Shown piece by piece: positions 45,218 through 54,421 of a stretch of DNA of 64,000 nt (its first letter is position 1; each line of letters starts with the position of its first letter). Source of the stretch: a virus. Position numbers and translations under genes: made by a program. The notes under the pieces were generated by a model that was not told where the DNA came from, made no database searches, and was given only the letters and a program-made list of their open reading frames with translations. The stretch covers positions 11,524 through 75,523 of IMG/VR virus record IMGVR_UViG_3300044912_000492; one strand, 5' to 3'.

Positions 45218-46268
45218 CTTTATCCGTTTGGTTGCGTCTGGTATTTTGCTCTCATTTGTGGTGATAAAACCTTTTAATTCTGTTGGTGAATGGGGATGGA
45301 GACTCGCTTCCATCCCTACTTTTGACCCTACTGGAATAGAGAAAAACTTCTCACAACTTAATGAAGACAAGGGCTTTAACCGTACATTTAAGCAAGGCGA
45401 CAAAATCTTGCAATGGGAGATAACGTCACCATTTGGAGATCGCGTTCATCCTGTGACTGGCGAGATCAAAAAGCATACAGGTGTAGACGTAAGTACACCA
45501 ATAGGCACTCCGATCTATGCAGTAGGAAGACCTCGCAACGCCTTCGATATTGGCAAGATGTTTGACGATGAGATTATTAGAGTTGAATGCCAAGATCGTG
45601 AAGGAGTAACGGCTGGAGGTACTACAGCGATCGCCACTAGTTCGCTAATGCCAGAACATCGTTTTCATTACTATCACTTGGATACATGTAATGAAGGCGG
45701 CTTTGCTAGCGGCGCGATAATTGGTACTACTGGCAATAGCGGCACATCAACAACAGGCGCACATCTTCATTTTGGTGTTGAATTCAAGGGTCAATTCATT
45801 GATCCGCCTAGTGGTTTTTTGCGATGGACTCTTGAGGGCAAACAACCGCAACAAACGGAAACAAAGCCAATTGTTGAGAAGTTACGCAATGCGATCGCTG
45901 GTCAAGAATCGAACCATGATCCAAGCGCTGTCAATCCCCATAGCAACGCCCTTGGTTATGGTCAAGTCATGCCAGAAAATATCAAGGAGTGGTCAACTCA
46001 ATGTCTTGGTAAGCCACTAACTGAAGATGAGTTTATTAAGTCCAAAGAGAAGCAGGTCAAGATCATTGATTGCAAGCTTACAGAGTATTTGGAGTCAACT
46101 AAAAACGCTCCTGATTTTGATACTCAAATCCGCAAAGTAGCATCAATGTGGTATAGCGGCGATCCTACCCTGTACGACAATCCTAGACCGCAAACCTATG
46201 GCGCTGGTGATTATCCAAGTATTCGAGATTACACAACTACGGTATTAGGGAGATTTAAAAAGCAATGA
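45075..46268 (+). CDS. bifunctional murein hydrolase: M23 peptidase plus SLT-type lytic transglycosylase
   Basis: M23 'HTGVDVSTPIGTPIYAV' and 'GNSGTSTTGAHLHFGV'; SLT 'IAGQESNHDPSAVNPHSNALGYGQVM'; TM segment 'LVASGILLSFVVI'; true start uncertain because it overlaps the previous gene. Confidence 0.8.
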   Translation: MTLIQNRNRSPTKSAHPQKQMEALITYCTEDYQHQVLSQKENQLKTNNFIRLVASGILLSFVVIKPFNSVGEWGWRLASIPTFDPTGIEKNFSQLNEDKGFNRTFKQGDKILQWEITSPFGDRVHPVTGEIKKHTGVDVSTPIGTPIYAVGRPRNAFDIGKMFDDEIIRVECQDREGVTAGGTTAIATSSLMPEHRFHYYHLDTCNEGGFASGAIIGTTGNSGTSTTGAHLHFGVEFKGQFIDPPSGFLRWTLEGKQPQQTETKPIVEKLRNAIAGQESNHDPSAVNPHSNALGYGQVMPENIKEWSTQCLGKPLTEDEFIKSKEKQVKIIDCKLTEYLESTKNAPDFDTQIRKVASMWYSGDPTLYDNPRPQTYGAGDYPSIRDYTTTVLGRFKKQ

Positions 46269-46759
46269 TCTACCTAATTTTGATCTTAATCCTCATATAT
46301 TGCTACTTCTACTATTGGCGATCGCCATACAAAATAATCAAGCATTGCGATGGCGACACCTCATGGGTAAAGCCACTATTCGGGCGTAAATTCAAAGTTC
46401 GATATGCTGTAATTGATGCCAACGAATCTAGACAAGCTGGAGGGAAAGAAGCGACTCAATATCTAAATAGAATCTTGCCGATAGGTTCTAGAGTTGCCAT
46501 CGTTCCCACATCAAAGCACAAAAGCTACGATCGCGACATGATTGGCACTGTATACCACAACTTTAGGAACATTAATCTAGCTATGCTAAAAGCTGGCTAT
46601 GCAGTGATTGACCCGCGATACTTGACTGCTGATATACAAGAGCAGTACACCAAGGCTCAAAACAGGGCAAAAGCTCATAGGCTTGGCAGATGGGGGCATC
46701 CCTCGCAGTATGCGGAAATGCCTTGGCAATTTAGAAAAAGAACAATGTGCAGAAGATGA
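46265..46759 (+). CDS. membrane-anchored staphylococcal-nuclease (SNase/thermonuclease)-like protein
   Basis: N-terminal TM 'IYLILILILIYCYFYYW'; 'CDGDTSWV', 'VRYAVIDANESRQ', 'YDRDMIGTVY...NINLAMLKAGYAV', 'RLGRWG' match SNase core motifs. Confidence 0.6.
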   Translation: MIYLILILILIYCYFYYWRSPYKIIKHCDGDTSWVKPLFGRKFKVRYAVIDANESRQAGGKEATQYLNRILPIGSRVAIVPTSKHKSYDRDMIGTVYHNFRNINLAMLKAGYAVIDPRYLTADIQEQYTKAQNRAKAHRLGRWGHPSQYAEMPWQFRKRTMCRR

Positions 46760-46914
46760 CGATGGAAACCCCAATAACGCCCGCGCAAGCCTTAAAGCTG
46801 TATCTCCGCTTACAGGAAATACCAAACCCGCAAAACATAGTAATAACGCCAAAAACTAGCCATTATTACTACAACAAAAAGACCGATAAATATTATTTAG
46901 GACAAATGCCATGA
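46756..46914 (+). CDS. small hypothetical protein (52 aa)
   Basis: ATGA overlap with the nuclease stop; hand-translated. Confidence 0.3.
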   Translation: MTMETPITPAQALKLYLRLQEIPNPQNIVITPKTSHYYYNKKTDKYYLGQMP

Positions 46915-46980
46915 CAAACCAAAACGGCGCTATTTATTTGATTAAGCGCGTAATTTATGAGCAGATTTGTAGGCTCGATC

Positions 46981-47673
46981 CTAGCCAGTCTCTTTAGCTT
47001 TTAAAGCTCTTCTCAACTCCAAAAAAGCAGACGCAAATTCTTCTTTGACCTGAGTTGAGAAGAGCTTTTGATTTTTCTCAATCCTATCAAGGCGATCATC
47101 CAATAAGTCCAACGCCACTCGAAATTCAGCAGCGTAAACTTCAATCACTGAAGCTGTCTCTTTCGGGATACTGGCGATCGCTTCCTTCAAAGCTTTTAAA
47201 GCTTCGCTATTATGCGTTGTAGCTTTGATTAAATCCTCAGTTGCTTGTACCTGTGATTCGCTTGCCCTTGATAATGCTTGTGTAGAGTGAGCATTTGCTG
47301 TTGAGGATTGGATTGCATCGCCTACTAAATGCAATAAGTCTTTGATTACAAATTCTGAGGAATCTGCGCTGTGCTTTGCAATCTGGGAAATCGTATCGGC
47401 TAACCCTTGATTAATATCAATCTCCGCTTCCAGTTCTTGTCCTTTGCGGTTTTCAGCTTGCAATACTTTGCTAGTTCTTACCCCTGCAAATTGCTTAGCT
47501 ATTTCGCCCCATGGCATCCATTTCCCTATCAAAATACTTACAAGGGAAATAACCACACCTGCACCACCTAAGCCAACAATAGGAACGTCATTACTATTAG
47601 AGTTAGCTCCGCTATTTGGCGTAGGCTGTGACTGTGTAGCAGGGGCTACAGCGATATAAGATTTCATTATCAA
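46981..47673 (-). CDS. single-pass membrane protein with a long helical domain (230 aa)
   Basis: TM 'IVGLGGAGVVISLVSILIG'; rest helical. Confidence 0.5.
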   Translation of the reverse strand: MIMKSYIAVAPATQSQPTPNSGANSNSNDVPIVGLGGAGVVISLVSILIGKWMPWGEIAKQFAGVRTSKVLQAENRKGQELEAEIDINQGLADTISQIAKHSADSSEFVIKDLLHLVGDAIQSSTANAHSTQALSRASESQVQATEDLIKATTHNSEALKALKEAIASIPKETASVIEVYAAEFRVALDLLDDRLDRIEKNQKLFSTQVKEEFASAFLELRRALKAKETG

Positions 47674-47694
47674 AGCAATAGGGAAAGTATTACA

Positions 47695-47880
47695 ATGATT
47701 ATGGCACTTTTTGAGGATTTTCGCATGAATAGCACATCATGGCTAACTGTTTTGGGCGCTGTCGCTGGAGCTTCTGAGATTGCAATCTCTAAGAATATTC
47801 AACCCGAAATAGCATCTGTTGTTTTTGGAATGAGTTTGCTAGGGATGGGGATTTTAGGTAAAGGAATCGAGAAAAAATAG
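47695..47880 (+). CDS. small two-TM protein (holin-like candidate)
   Basis: 61 aa, two hydrophobic segments and a basic C-terminus 'GKGIEKK'; own terminator. Confidence 0.35.
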   Translation: MIMALFEDFRMNSTSWLTVLGAVAGASEIAISKNIQPEIASVVFGMSLLGMGILGKGIEKK

Positions 47881-47884
47881 ACAC

Positions 47885-47913
47885 AAAAAAGCGGCAATTA
47901 ACGCCGCTTTTTT
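47885..47913. terminator. bidirectional terminator
   Basis: aaaaaagcggc / gccgctttttt. Confidence 0.6.
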
Positions 47914-47979
47914 GTGTGTTAGTTGATTTTGCTGATATAAAACCCAATCTGAGAATGCAACGAAATGTAACCGTTTTAA

Positions 47980-49431
47980 TTAAACTTGCAGCCAAGTAGA
48001 ACCAGTTTCGCGCTTAAACTGCAAAGTAAAATTTAAATCCTCTCCAAACAAAACAAAATTAACGCTACCTTCGCTATCTGAAAAATCTTCTATGTAAAGA
48101 TCTTCAGTTGTTTCAGGATCTGAGCCGATCGTGTAAGTGTTATTTACTAGAATCCGCTCAGAATCAATCAGTCCGTATCGAGCAAAAAGATCAATCCAAT
48201 AACCAAAAGCAGAAAATTGTAAGAAGACTTCTATTCTTCTTACAATTCCAAGAGGTGACACGGAGCCTGTCAATCCAGATATAGCTAAATCTGCACTAGT
48301 AGCGGTAGCATCTACAAATTCGTAAGGATCGGTATCTAAATCGCTATAGCGATAATACCCAGTTGCAGATAAAGTATCTATTGGTGGGGCGTAAGGATCT
48401 GGATCGCTAAAATCAAAAATATTAATTATTACAATATAGTATAAATGCTGATTACTCTTTAGGGTTTTCATCTCCAAAAAGTTATTTTTTTTGATAATTT
48501 TTCCTTTTTGCTTGTTATTTGTTTTTAGCTTAAAAGTTAGCAAATCTGTTGTAGGGGGTATACCTCCTACAAAACGAATTAACCCGTATTGAGGTAGTCT
48601 TGTAAATTTTGCGGTGATTTTCTCTAGGCTTGTAAAAGCAGGGGAATCTCCTCCCACGGTGTCTACACTTAGAAGCATGTAGCTCCTAAATGAATTATTT
48701 GATTCAAGAGAAATATCTATTTGGGATTTTAAAGATCTCGATTCGTTAAATTTAGTTATTGTTTCGCCATCAAGAAAACTGACAAGATCGCGCCCTTTTA
48801 CGCCGCAAACTAAATGAGCGTAAGATGATATAAGCGAACTAAAAGAACCATTAACAGCATTTGAAATCGTTACAAAAACCACTGCTTTTTTTTGTGATTC
48901 TCTATGATATTCAATGGCAAAGTTACCAAATGTTACCCATACAAAAGTAAAAGTATTATCAATGAGTTCATAAGTGATTTCGCCATCTCCGATAAAAGCT
49001 CTAATCGTTAGATCGGTAATCGTGTCTCCTTCTAAAATAATTTCTTGCTCTAAGGAATAATCCTCAATTGCAGCTCCAACAAAATACATGTAGTTCAACC
49101 CCAAATAATATTCGGCAACATCAGGGGGGATGTCAGCAATTGGGGTTTCTGGGGGATTGTTTTTAGCGTCTACTCGTTGTAAAGCACCTTGGTTAGATCG
49201 CAAAAATACACGCTCACCAATTGACAAAGAAGCATTACTAATCAAATTAAATCCGCTATTCGTTTCGCCATTGATCGCTACTCTATCAGTACCATCAACA
49301 GGATCAATCCCCTGATAGGTTGCAAATGGGTTTAGTAGCCCGTCACGTTTTTCTTTTGCGTATTGATTACGCAATCGGTCAATTTGTGATTGGCTAGCCT
49401 TGCCAGCTACTGCATCAAAAAAATCTGTCAT
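47980..49431 (-). CDS. tail fibre / distal tail structural protein (483 aa)
   Basis: Last gene of the tail operon; its N-terminus 'FFDAVAGKASQSQIDRL' is similar to that of the upstream 91-aa gene. Confidence 0.5.
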   Translation of the reverse strand: MTDFFDAVAGKASQSQIDRLRNQYAKEKRDGLLNPFATYQGIDPVDGTDRVAINGETNSGFNLISNASLSIGERVFLRSNQGALQRVDAKNNPPETPIADIPPDVAEYYLGLNYMYFVGAAIEDYSLEQEIILEGDTITDLTIRAFIGDGEITYELIDNTFTFVWVTFGNFAIEYHRESQKKAVVFVTISNAVNGSFSSLISSYAHLVCGVKGRDLVSFLDGETITKFNESRSLKSQIDISLESNNSFRSYMLLSVDTVGGDSPAFTSLEKITAKFTRLPQYGLIRFVGGIPPTTDLLTFKLKTNNKQKGKIIKKNNFLEMKTLKSNQHLYYIVIINIFDFSDPDPYAPPIDTLSATGYYRYSDLDTDPYEFVDATATSADLAISGLTGSVSPLGIVRRIEVFLQFSAFGYWIDLFARYGLIDSERILVNNTYTIGSDPETTEDLYIEDFSDSEGSVNFVLFGEDLNFTLQFKRETGSTWLQV

Positions 49432-49703
49432 TGAGGCGCTCTAAAGTCTGCAAAAGTTGTGTAACTATTCTTAGTACTAGACAAAGAAACTTGCGATGGC
49501 GGCGCTCCAAAATTACCGAGATTTGCGGCTTGTATGCCGCCGTCAGCAGTGGTAACAATAAATTCACCTGTATTAGAATCAAATCCTGTTACCGAGCCAA
49601 TCTGTATTGGCTGTGGCAAAGATGATTTCTCGGATACAGACTTTAATCGATTGATTTGCGCTTGAGTCGCGCTTGCGATGACAGAAGTAAAAAAATTAGA
49701 CAT
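49428..49703 (-). CDS. small tail protein (91 aa)
   Basis: 'FFTSVIASATQAQINRL' shared N-terminal motif; coupled. Confidence 0.45.
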   Translation of the reverse strand: MSNFFTSVIASATQAQINRLKSVSEKSSLPQPIQIGSVTGFDSNTGEFIVTTADGGIQAANLGNFGAPPSQVSLSSTKNSYTTFADFRAPQ

Positions 49704-50523
49704 TTCCTAAACTCACTCTAAAATTACCAGCAGGGATTATAAGCTCTTGACCAACAGCAATATTTTGAGTTGACACTGAACTAAAAACAATTAGATTAGT
49801 GGAATTAAATAAAGCGACAGAATTAAAGCCAGTAGCGGCGGCGATCGCATTGCCATAATCTATATTATTTGTAGCCTGAATTTGGCGCGTATTGCCTACA
49901 GTGCTGATCGAACTCCATCCACTACTAGGGATTGAAAATCTTCCACCTGTAGCAACTGTAGATGTAATTTCAGTGATTGTGCCATCGGCGGCGATCGCTG
50001 TTGCAAGCGCTAATTGATTGCTAGTTGGAGCCGTACCCGCGCTAGTGCCAGTAAGCCATCCTAGTTGTAAATCTCTTGCGTAAATACTCCAGAATAGAAT
50101 ATCTAAATCAATGATTACATTGCCAGCCGCCCTTGAAACACTATCACCATTGCCAAAACTTAGAAGCTCAGCAATGCCCAAACTATTGCGAAAAGGGAAT
50201 CCGCCTAAAAAATTGCCACTGGTTGAGGCATCCCAAAACCCAAAATAAGGCAGATTGGAGCCAGCCGCGATCGATGTCCCAAAATTTAAAGATGCTGTGC
50301 TAGCAATCCTTCGATTATTCCCTACAGTAGCAGGGGCGCTAAAGTTACTAGAAGTGTACGAAGCTCTACCACTAAAGTAAGTACCTGTTACCTCATTAGC
50401 ACCTGTGAGAGCAGGATCGGCGCTGTGTATGCTTGCGTATAAAGTGGTAGGGGCTGTACCCGCGTTGGCTCCCTTAAAATGATGATTAAGGAATTTGTCG
50501 ATAAAGTAGCTGGAAAGTCCCAT
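49696..50523 (-). CDS. tail fibre-like protein (275 aa)
   Basis: G/S/T/A/N-rich beta-type composition. Confidence 0.5.
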   Translation of the reverse strand: MGLSSYFIDKFLNHHFKGANAGTAPTTLYASIHSADPALTGANEVTGTYFSGRASYTSSNFSAPATVGNNRRIASTASLNFGTSIAAGSNLPYFGFWDASTSGNFLGGFPFRNSLGIAELLSFGNGDSVSRAAGNVIIDLDILFWSIYARDLQLGWLTGTSAGTAPTSNQLALATAIAADGTITEITSTVATGGRFSIPSSGWSSISTVGNTRQIQATNNIDYGNAIAAATGFNSVALFNSTNLIVFSSVSTQNIAVGQELIIPAGNFRVSLGNV

Positions 50524-50533
50524 GATTTTTCAC

Positions 50534-52411
50534 CTATAAAGTAGCTAACCCGATCATTGTATCTGGCTTGATTGGATTGTAATTAATATACAAATCTGAT
50601 AAGCCGATCATTATGGAAGGGGCGATCGGGTTGAAACTTATACGTAAATCTGCAAGCCCGATCATATTAAAGCTGCCTAGCGTAATCGCAACGGGGCGGG
50701 ATATCACCGTAGGGGTGCTAGCGGGGGCTGTACCAACTTCGATACCGTTAAAAACTAACCATGCTTCTGTCCCATTTAATCCCCATTTAATGCAATCTAA
50801 TTTTAAGTAATAAATTAAATCTGTATCAGTAACAGCTACATCCGCAAAAGGCTTAAAAGCATTGCCCAAAGCCGTGTCAGTAATCGCGCCGCCAAATTGT
50901 TGACCATAAGCACGCCCTGATAATATGCGATTAAATCGAGAGCCATAATCAACTAATTGAGACTGTTCTACTGTGTAGGGTACATCTATTGTTTTTTGCC
51001 TAGGACGGTACGGATCGGCGGCTAATTGCTGTGCAAATATTTCTGCTTTTAGTTGCACTTCTCCCGTAGTATTTATGCTTGCATCACCAAAATTTGTAAG
51101 TGGACCAGATGTGTCTGGCTCGGTAATATCAGATTTTCTTGCAAGAAACGTTCGTGGATTTGATGGATTCTGATCTGGATAAGTTACCCCGTAAGATTCA
51201 TCAATTATTGTCCTTTTACTCCATAACCCATCTTTTATTTTTGTCCATACTATTGTTGTGATTCTGAACAAAACGGGAAACGTTCGTGGATTCTCTGGCT
51301 GCTGATCTGGGAATAGTACCCCATAAGCTGAAATCTCTCTGTATTCAGTCTTGTAAACAATTCCTTTATCAAGAAAATAAATAGTTGTATTTTTTGTTTT
51401 TTGAACTAAAAACGTTTGTGGATTTGATGGATTCTGATCTGGATAAGTTACCCCGTAAGCCTCGTTAATTATTTCTGTTTTTGTGACAAGGTTCCCATTA
51501 GTTGCGACATCAAAAACAAGGATAGTTTGAGATTCCAAAACGGGAAACGTTCGTGGATTCTCTGGTTGCTGATCTGGAAATAGTACCCCATAAGCCTTAA
51601 TGCTAGTTGTAATTTTAGGATCGGTATCAATAGGTGTAATCGTTTTTACCGTACCTGTGACGATCAATTTCTCGACTGGCTGCTCAGCAATATCACCAAT
51701 AGAATCCCACGATCTCTCGTCAGCCCCGATCGCATAAGAAGCGATCGCACTACCAGAATAGATGGCACTGATAGGCTCTGCGATTACCGTACCAGCGCTA
51801 TTGCACCGCAAATAGTACCCTGCACTATCAGCGATCGCCCCTGCAAATCCAATAAAATTACCAGTCTGTTTAGGCAGTGGATAAGGAATAGGATAGGGCA
51901 TAGAACTTATGCTGTGGCTTACCCCAATGTAATCCAAGATGTTGCCAATAATCACACTGCGATTAAGCGGCGTTCCTGCGGTGATTCCTGATATATCCTG
52001 ATTTGGCTCTGGTGGAAAGTTTTCCAAAGCTAATCTACAGCCAATTTCTAGGAATAGTTCTAATATGCCATCCATATTCCTTTTTGGCTTTTGAGGCATT
52101 TTTAGCAAATACAAAGCTTGCCCACTACAAGGCAGATAAGTAAGCGTTCCTGATGTATTTGCAATTCGGATCGTGACTAGTTGACCCCGTTTCCATTGGC
52201 TAGGGTTAAGTCTAGGATTGGGTGAACTTGGTACTGTTGAATCGTAGCGAGAAATCTTAAGATTAATGGAGCCTGTGACTGGCATTAATCCAGTTCCAAC
52301 CTCATATTCTGGATAACCCAAAATTATTCCAGAATCAAAGCTAATCCAATTAGTCCAATTTTGCGATCCTATAATTAATTCGCATCTACGTGAGGTGAGA
52401 TTAACTGTCAT
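50534..52411 (-). CDS. large distal tail/baseplate protein with internal ABAB domain repeats (625 aa)
   Basis: Position downstream of the Dit-like gene; repeats 'AYGVLFPDQQPENPRTFPVL' x2 and 'YGVTYPDQNPSNP(Q/R)TFL' x2. Confidence 0.55.
   Translation of the reverse strand: MTVNLTSRRCELIIGSQNWTNWISFDSGIILGYPEYEVGTGLMPVTGSINLKISRYDSTVPSSPNPRLNPSQWKRGQLVTIRIANTSGTLTYLPCSGQALYLLKMPQKPKRNMDGILELFLEIGCRLALENFPPEPNQDISGITAGTPLNRSVIIGNILDYIGVSHSISSMPYPIPYPLPKQTGNFIGFAGAIADSAGYYLRCNSAGTVIAEPISAIYSGSAIASYAIGADERSWDSIGDIAEQPVEKLIVTGTVKTITPIDTDPKITTSIKAYGVLFPDQQPENPRTFPVLESQTILVFDVATNGNLVTKTEIINEAYGVTYPDQNPSNPQTFLVQKTKNTTIYFLDKGIVYKTEYREISAYGVLFPDQQPENPRTFPVLFRITTIVWTKIKDGLWSKRTIIDESYGVTYPDQNPSNPRTFLARKSDITEPDTSGPLTNFGDASINTTGEVQLKAEIFAQQLAADPYRPRQKTIDVPYTVEQSQLVDYGSRFNRILSGRAYGQQFGGAITDTALGNAFKPFADVAVTDTDLIYYLKLDCIKWGLNGTEAWLVFNGIEVGTAPASTPTVISRPVAITLGSFNMIGLADLRISFNPIAPSIMIGLSDLYINYNPIKPDTMIGLATL
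51146..51595 (-). repeat. intragenic near-identical DNA repeats (A1 51146-51195 / A2 51410-51459; B1 51269-51328 / B2 51536-51595)
   Basis: A pair differs at 1 of 50 nt, B pair at 2 of 60 nt; periods of 264 and 267 nt (in-frame). Confidence 0.85.
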
Positions 52412-53142
52412 TAGATCTTCACCCCAGTCTCTTGCAACTCAATGATCGCAGTCACGTTACCTACACCTGTATCCACCCCGAATGTAGGCTCTGTAGGCAT
52501 GTAGACTTGCAGTTTTGGATAGTAATTAACACCGCCGTTTTGTTGAGTAACAGTGCCTACGGATGATCTGGTTTTAGTCGCTGATGTTTTGCCCTCTTCA
52601 AAGTACAGAGTAATCTCATCAGTAAGTTCCATGTATGGCGATCCTGTTACCGTCTGCAATTCGCGACGCATCTTATCAGCAGTTGCCCACATAGCCTTAA
52701 GCTTTAGATGATCAACAATCGACACCTTGCTTTGAATGTTGTACGTTTGCGGATCTTCAAAGCTAATGCCTGAAATCTGGAAAGCACCATTTACGCTAAA
52801 ACTCCCATTACCTGAAAGTCGAGAGCTTTCCCGTGGCGGCTTGTCTTCTAAGAACTTGCGAAACACAACAGACATCACAACGCGGATCGAGTGCGTACCA
52901 GATCCGCCACTTAGGCTTATTGGTGTTCCTGCTTCACTAGTGGCGACTGCGATCGTAGAGCCAATACTCACAACATAGTAATCAGTATTAAGCGCTAATC
53001 CCGTTGGCAGCGTGCCTGTAGTCGTAAATCGCACAATATCATCAACTGCAAAAACTTGAGTTGATGGGGTAATGGCGCTACCACTAAACGTAAAGGTGTA
53101 GGAGCGTCCAAAATATCGTAATGTGAGATCGCTGATCGCCAT
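52411..53142 (-). CDS. distal tail protein (Dit-like) candidate (243 aa)
   Basis: First tail gene after the tape-measure block (ignoring the inserted island); coupled to the 625-aa gene. Confidence 0.4.
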   Translation of the reverse strand: MAISDLTLRYFGRSYTFTFSGSAITPSTQVFAVDDIVRFTTTGTLPTGLALNTDYYVVSIGSTIAVATSEAGTPISLSGGSGTHSIRVVMSVVFRKFLEDKPPRESSRLSGNGSFSVNGAFQISGISFEDPQTYNIQSKVSIVDHLKLKAMWATADKMRRELQTVTGSPYMELTDEITLYFEEGKTSATKTRSSVGTVTQQNGGVNYYPKLQVYMPTEPTFGVDTGVGNVTAIIELQETGVKI

Positions 53143-53305
53143 GTTGTGAGACTAGGGATTTTGCTTAATTATCGCACATTGATTTGTGCTACATTCTAGA
53201 TGAGTAAAGAAATTGAACAAAGAGTAAATTTTAAAGAGGTGTAGCGGCTAGAGATTTTTTATGGTTGTGTTTAACTACTTTGATTTTTTATGAGAATTTG
53301 TGTAA

Positions 53306-53329
53306 GGCGATCGAGAGGTCGTCTTTTTT
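53306..53329 (+). terminator. rho-independent terminator, copy 1 of a duplicated ~25-nt element
   Basis: ggcgatc-gaga-ggtcgtc (7-bp stem with two G-U pairs) plus T6; no ORF longer than 14 aa upstream. Confidence 0.5.
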
Positions 53330-53354
53330 GTTGGAAAACTTGCAACTAAATTGG

Positions 53355-53383
53355 TTGACAAATAATCGATATCAAGTGATAAT
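53355..53383 (+). promoter_or_regulatory. candidate promoter TTGACA-17 nt-GATAAT for the plus-strand island
   Basis: TTGACA 53355-53360; GATAAT 53378-53383; flanked by inverted repeat aactaaatt / aatttagtt. Confidence 0.5.
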
Positions 53384-53427
53384 TAGATATCAGCTAATTT
53401 AGTTACATTTATTAACGAGTACAAGTC

Positions 53428-53736
53428 ATGACAGCCCTATGCGATCGCCCAAACCTAACCGCTGATAAGTTGCGCCACATGCTCTCATTGGCTATGCCAT
53501 CGCTAGAGTGGGCAGGCGGCTTTGATTACGTTACTAATAATGGTGATTTTATCAAGTACTATCCCGATGCTTTACCACAACACAGATGGCAATTGACAGA
53601 GATTTTACTTGACTGTGCTAACTATCGTCACACTCGCAAAGATGGTAGCCAAGGGCGCAAAACTAAGCGTGTTAGCAAGCGGTTTGAAACCTTGCTAGAT
53701 GCAATTACTTATTATGAAACGGAGATTAAAAAATGA
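53428..53736 (+). CDS. hypothetical protein (102 aa)
   Basis: ORF. Confidence 0.5.
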   Translation: MTALCDRPNLTADKLRHMLSLAMPSLEWAGGFDYVTNNGDFIKYYPDALPQHRWQLTEILLDCANYRHTRKDGSQGRKTKRVSKRFETLLDAITYYETEIKK

Positions 53737-53921
53737 ATATCAACTGGAATCAAGAAGCAACAAAAGAAAAAGAGGCGATCGTCAAAGTTCTATGGCGCGA
53801 CTACCTCAAAGCCAATCCAAACCTAAATAGCGAAGAAAAAGAATCTCGCTTAATCGGTTTCCGCGCCGCCTTGCTTGCCAGCGAATCTATTACCTACCCT
53901 TGGATGGAAACAAATGAATAA
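53733..53921 (+). CDS. hypothetical protein (62 aa)
   Basis: ATGA coupling. Confidence 0.45.
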   Translation: MNINWNQEATKEKEAIVKVLWRDYLKANPNLNSEEKESRLIGFRAALLASESITYPWMETNE

Positions 53922-54099
53922 TTCCGTGAAAAACACTTTGATTTCTGAAATCAAAGATCTACAAGATGCTTTGACCTTGATCTTGTCAAGACTCGAAAAT
54001 AATGCAGCAATCGGTAAAAACATGGTTGTTGATGCCAACAAAATAAACAACGCTTTAGGAAGATATCAAGCTTTAACTGAGGAAATTAATCATGATTGA
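53914..54099 (+). CDS. hypothetical protein (61 aa)
   Basis: ATG 53914 overlaps the previous stop. Confidence 0.4.
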   Translation: MNNSVKNTLISEIKDLQDALTLILSRLENNAAIGKNMVVDANKINNALGRYQALTEEINHD

Positions 54100-54168
54100 G
54101 AATACACCATGCGATGGCTGTGGTACTACCACTGGCGGCTATACCACAAAAGAAATGGATTGAAGAAG

Positions 54169-54369
54169 ATGAGTAAAATCGTCTGTAACTGCGGTCACTA
54201 CTACGTCAAAAACGGCAAAAACAAACATGGCGATCAAAAGTATCTATGCAAAAAGTGCGGCTCTAGTTTTACTGACAGCGATCGCAAAGTTGGAAGACCG
54301 TGTTTGTTTGATATTCCATTGACAGGGGCGGAAAGATCAGAGCGTAGCAGGGCAAAAGCTAAGATTTGA
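54169..54369 (+). CDS. transposase-type zinc-ribbon domain protein (66 aa), paralog 1
   Basis: 'CNCGHYYVKNGKNKHGDQKYLCKKCGSSF' resembles the IS1/IS1595 InsA-type Zn ribbon; C-terminal 'GRPCLFDIPLTGAERSERSRAKAK'. Confidence 0.5.
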   Translation: MSKIVCNCGHYYVKNGKNKHGDQKYLCKKCGSSFTDSDRKVGRPCLFDIPLTGAERSERSRAKAKI

Positions 54370-54378
54370 TGTACCGAT

Positions 54379-54403
54379 GGCGATCGCGAGGTCGTCTTTT
54401 TTT
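54379..54403 (+). terminator. rho-independent terminator, copy 2 of the duplicated element
   Basis: ggcgatc-gcga-ggtcgtc plus T7. Confidence 0.6.
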
Positions 54404-54421
54404 GTGTGCAAAATTACTTTT

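Noticed and set aside
51146-51595. Template/variable repeat pair of a diversity-generating retroelement in the tail protein
   Set aside because: No reverse transcriptase gene in the window. The few mismatches are transitions, not the adenine-specific substitutions expected for DGRs. Both copies lie in the same ORF as in-frame domain repeats.
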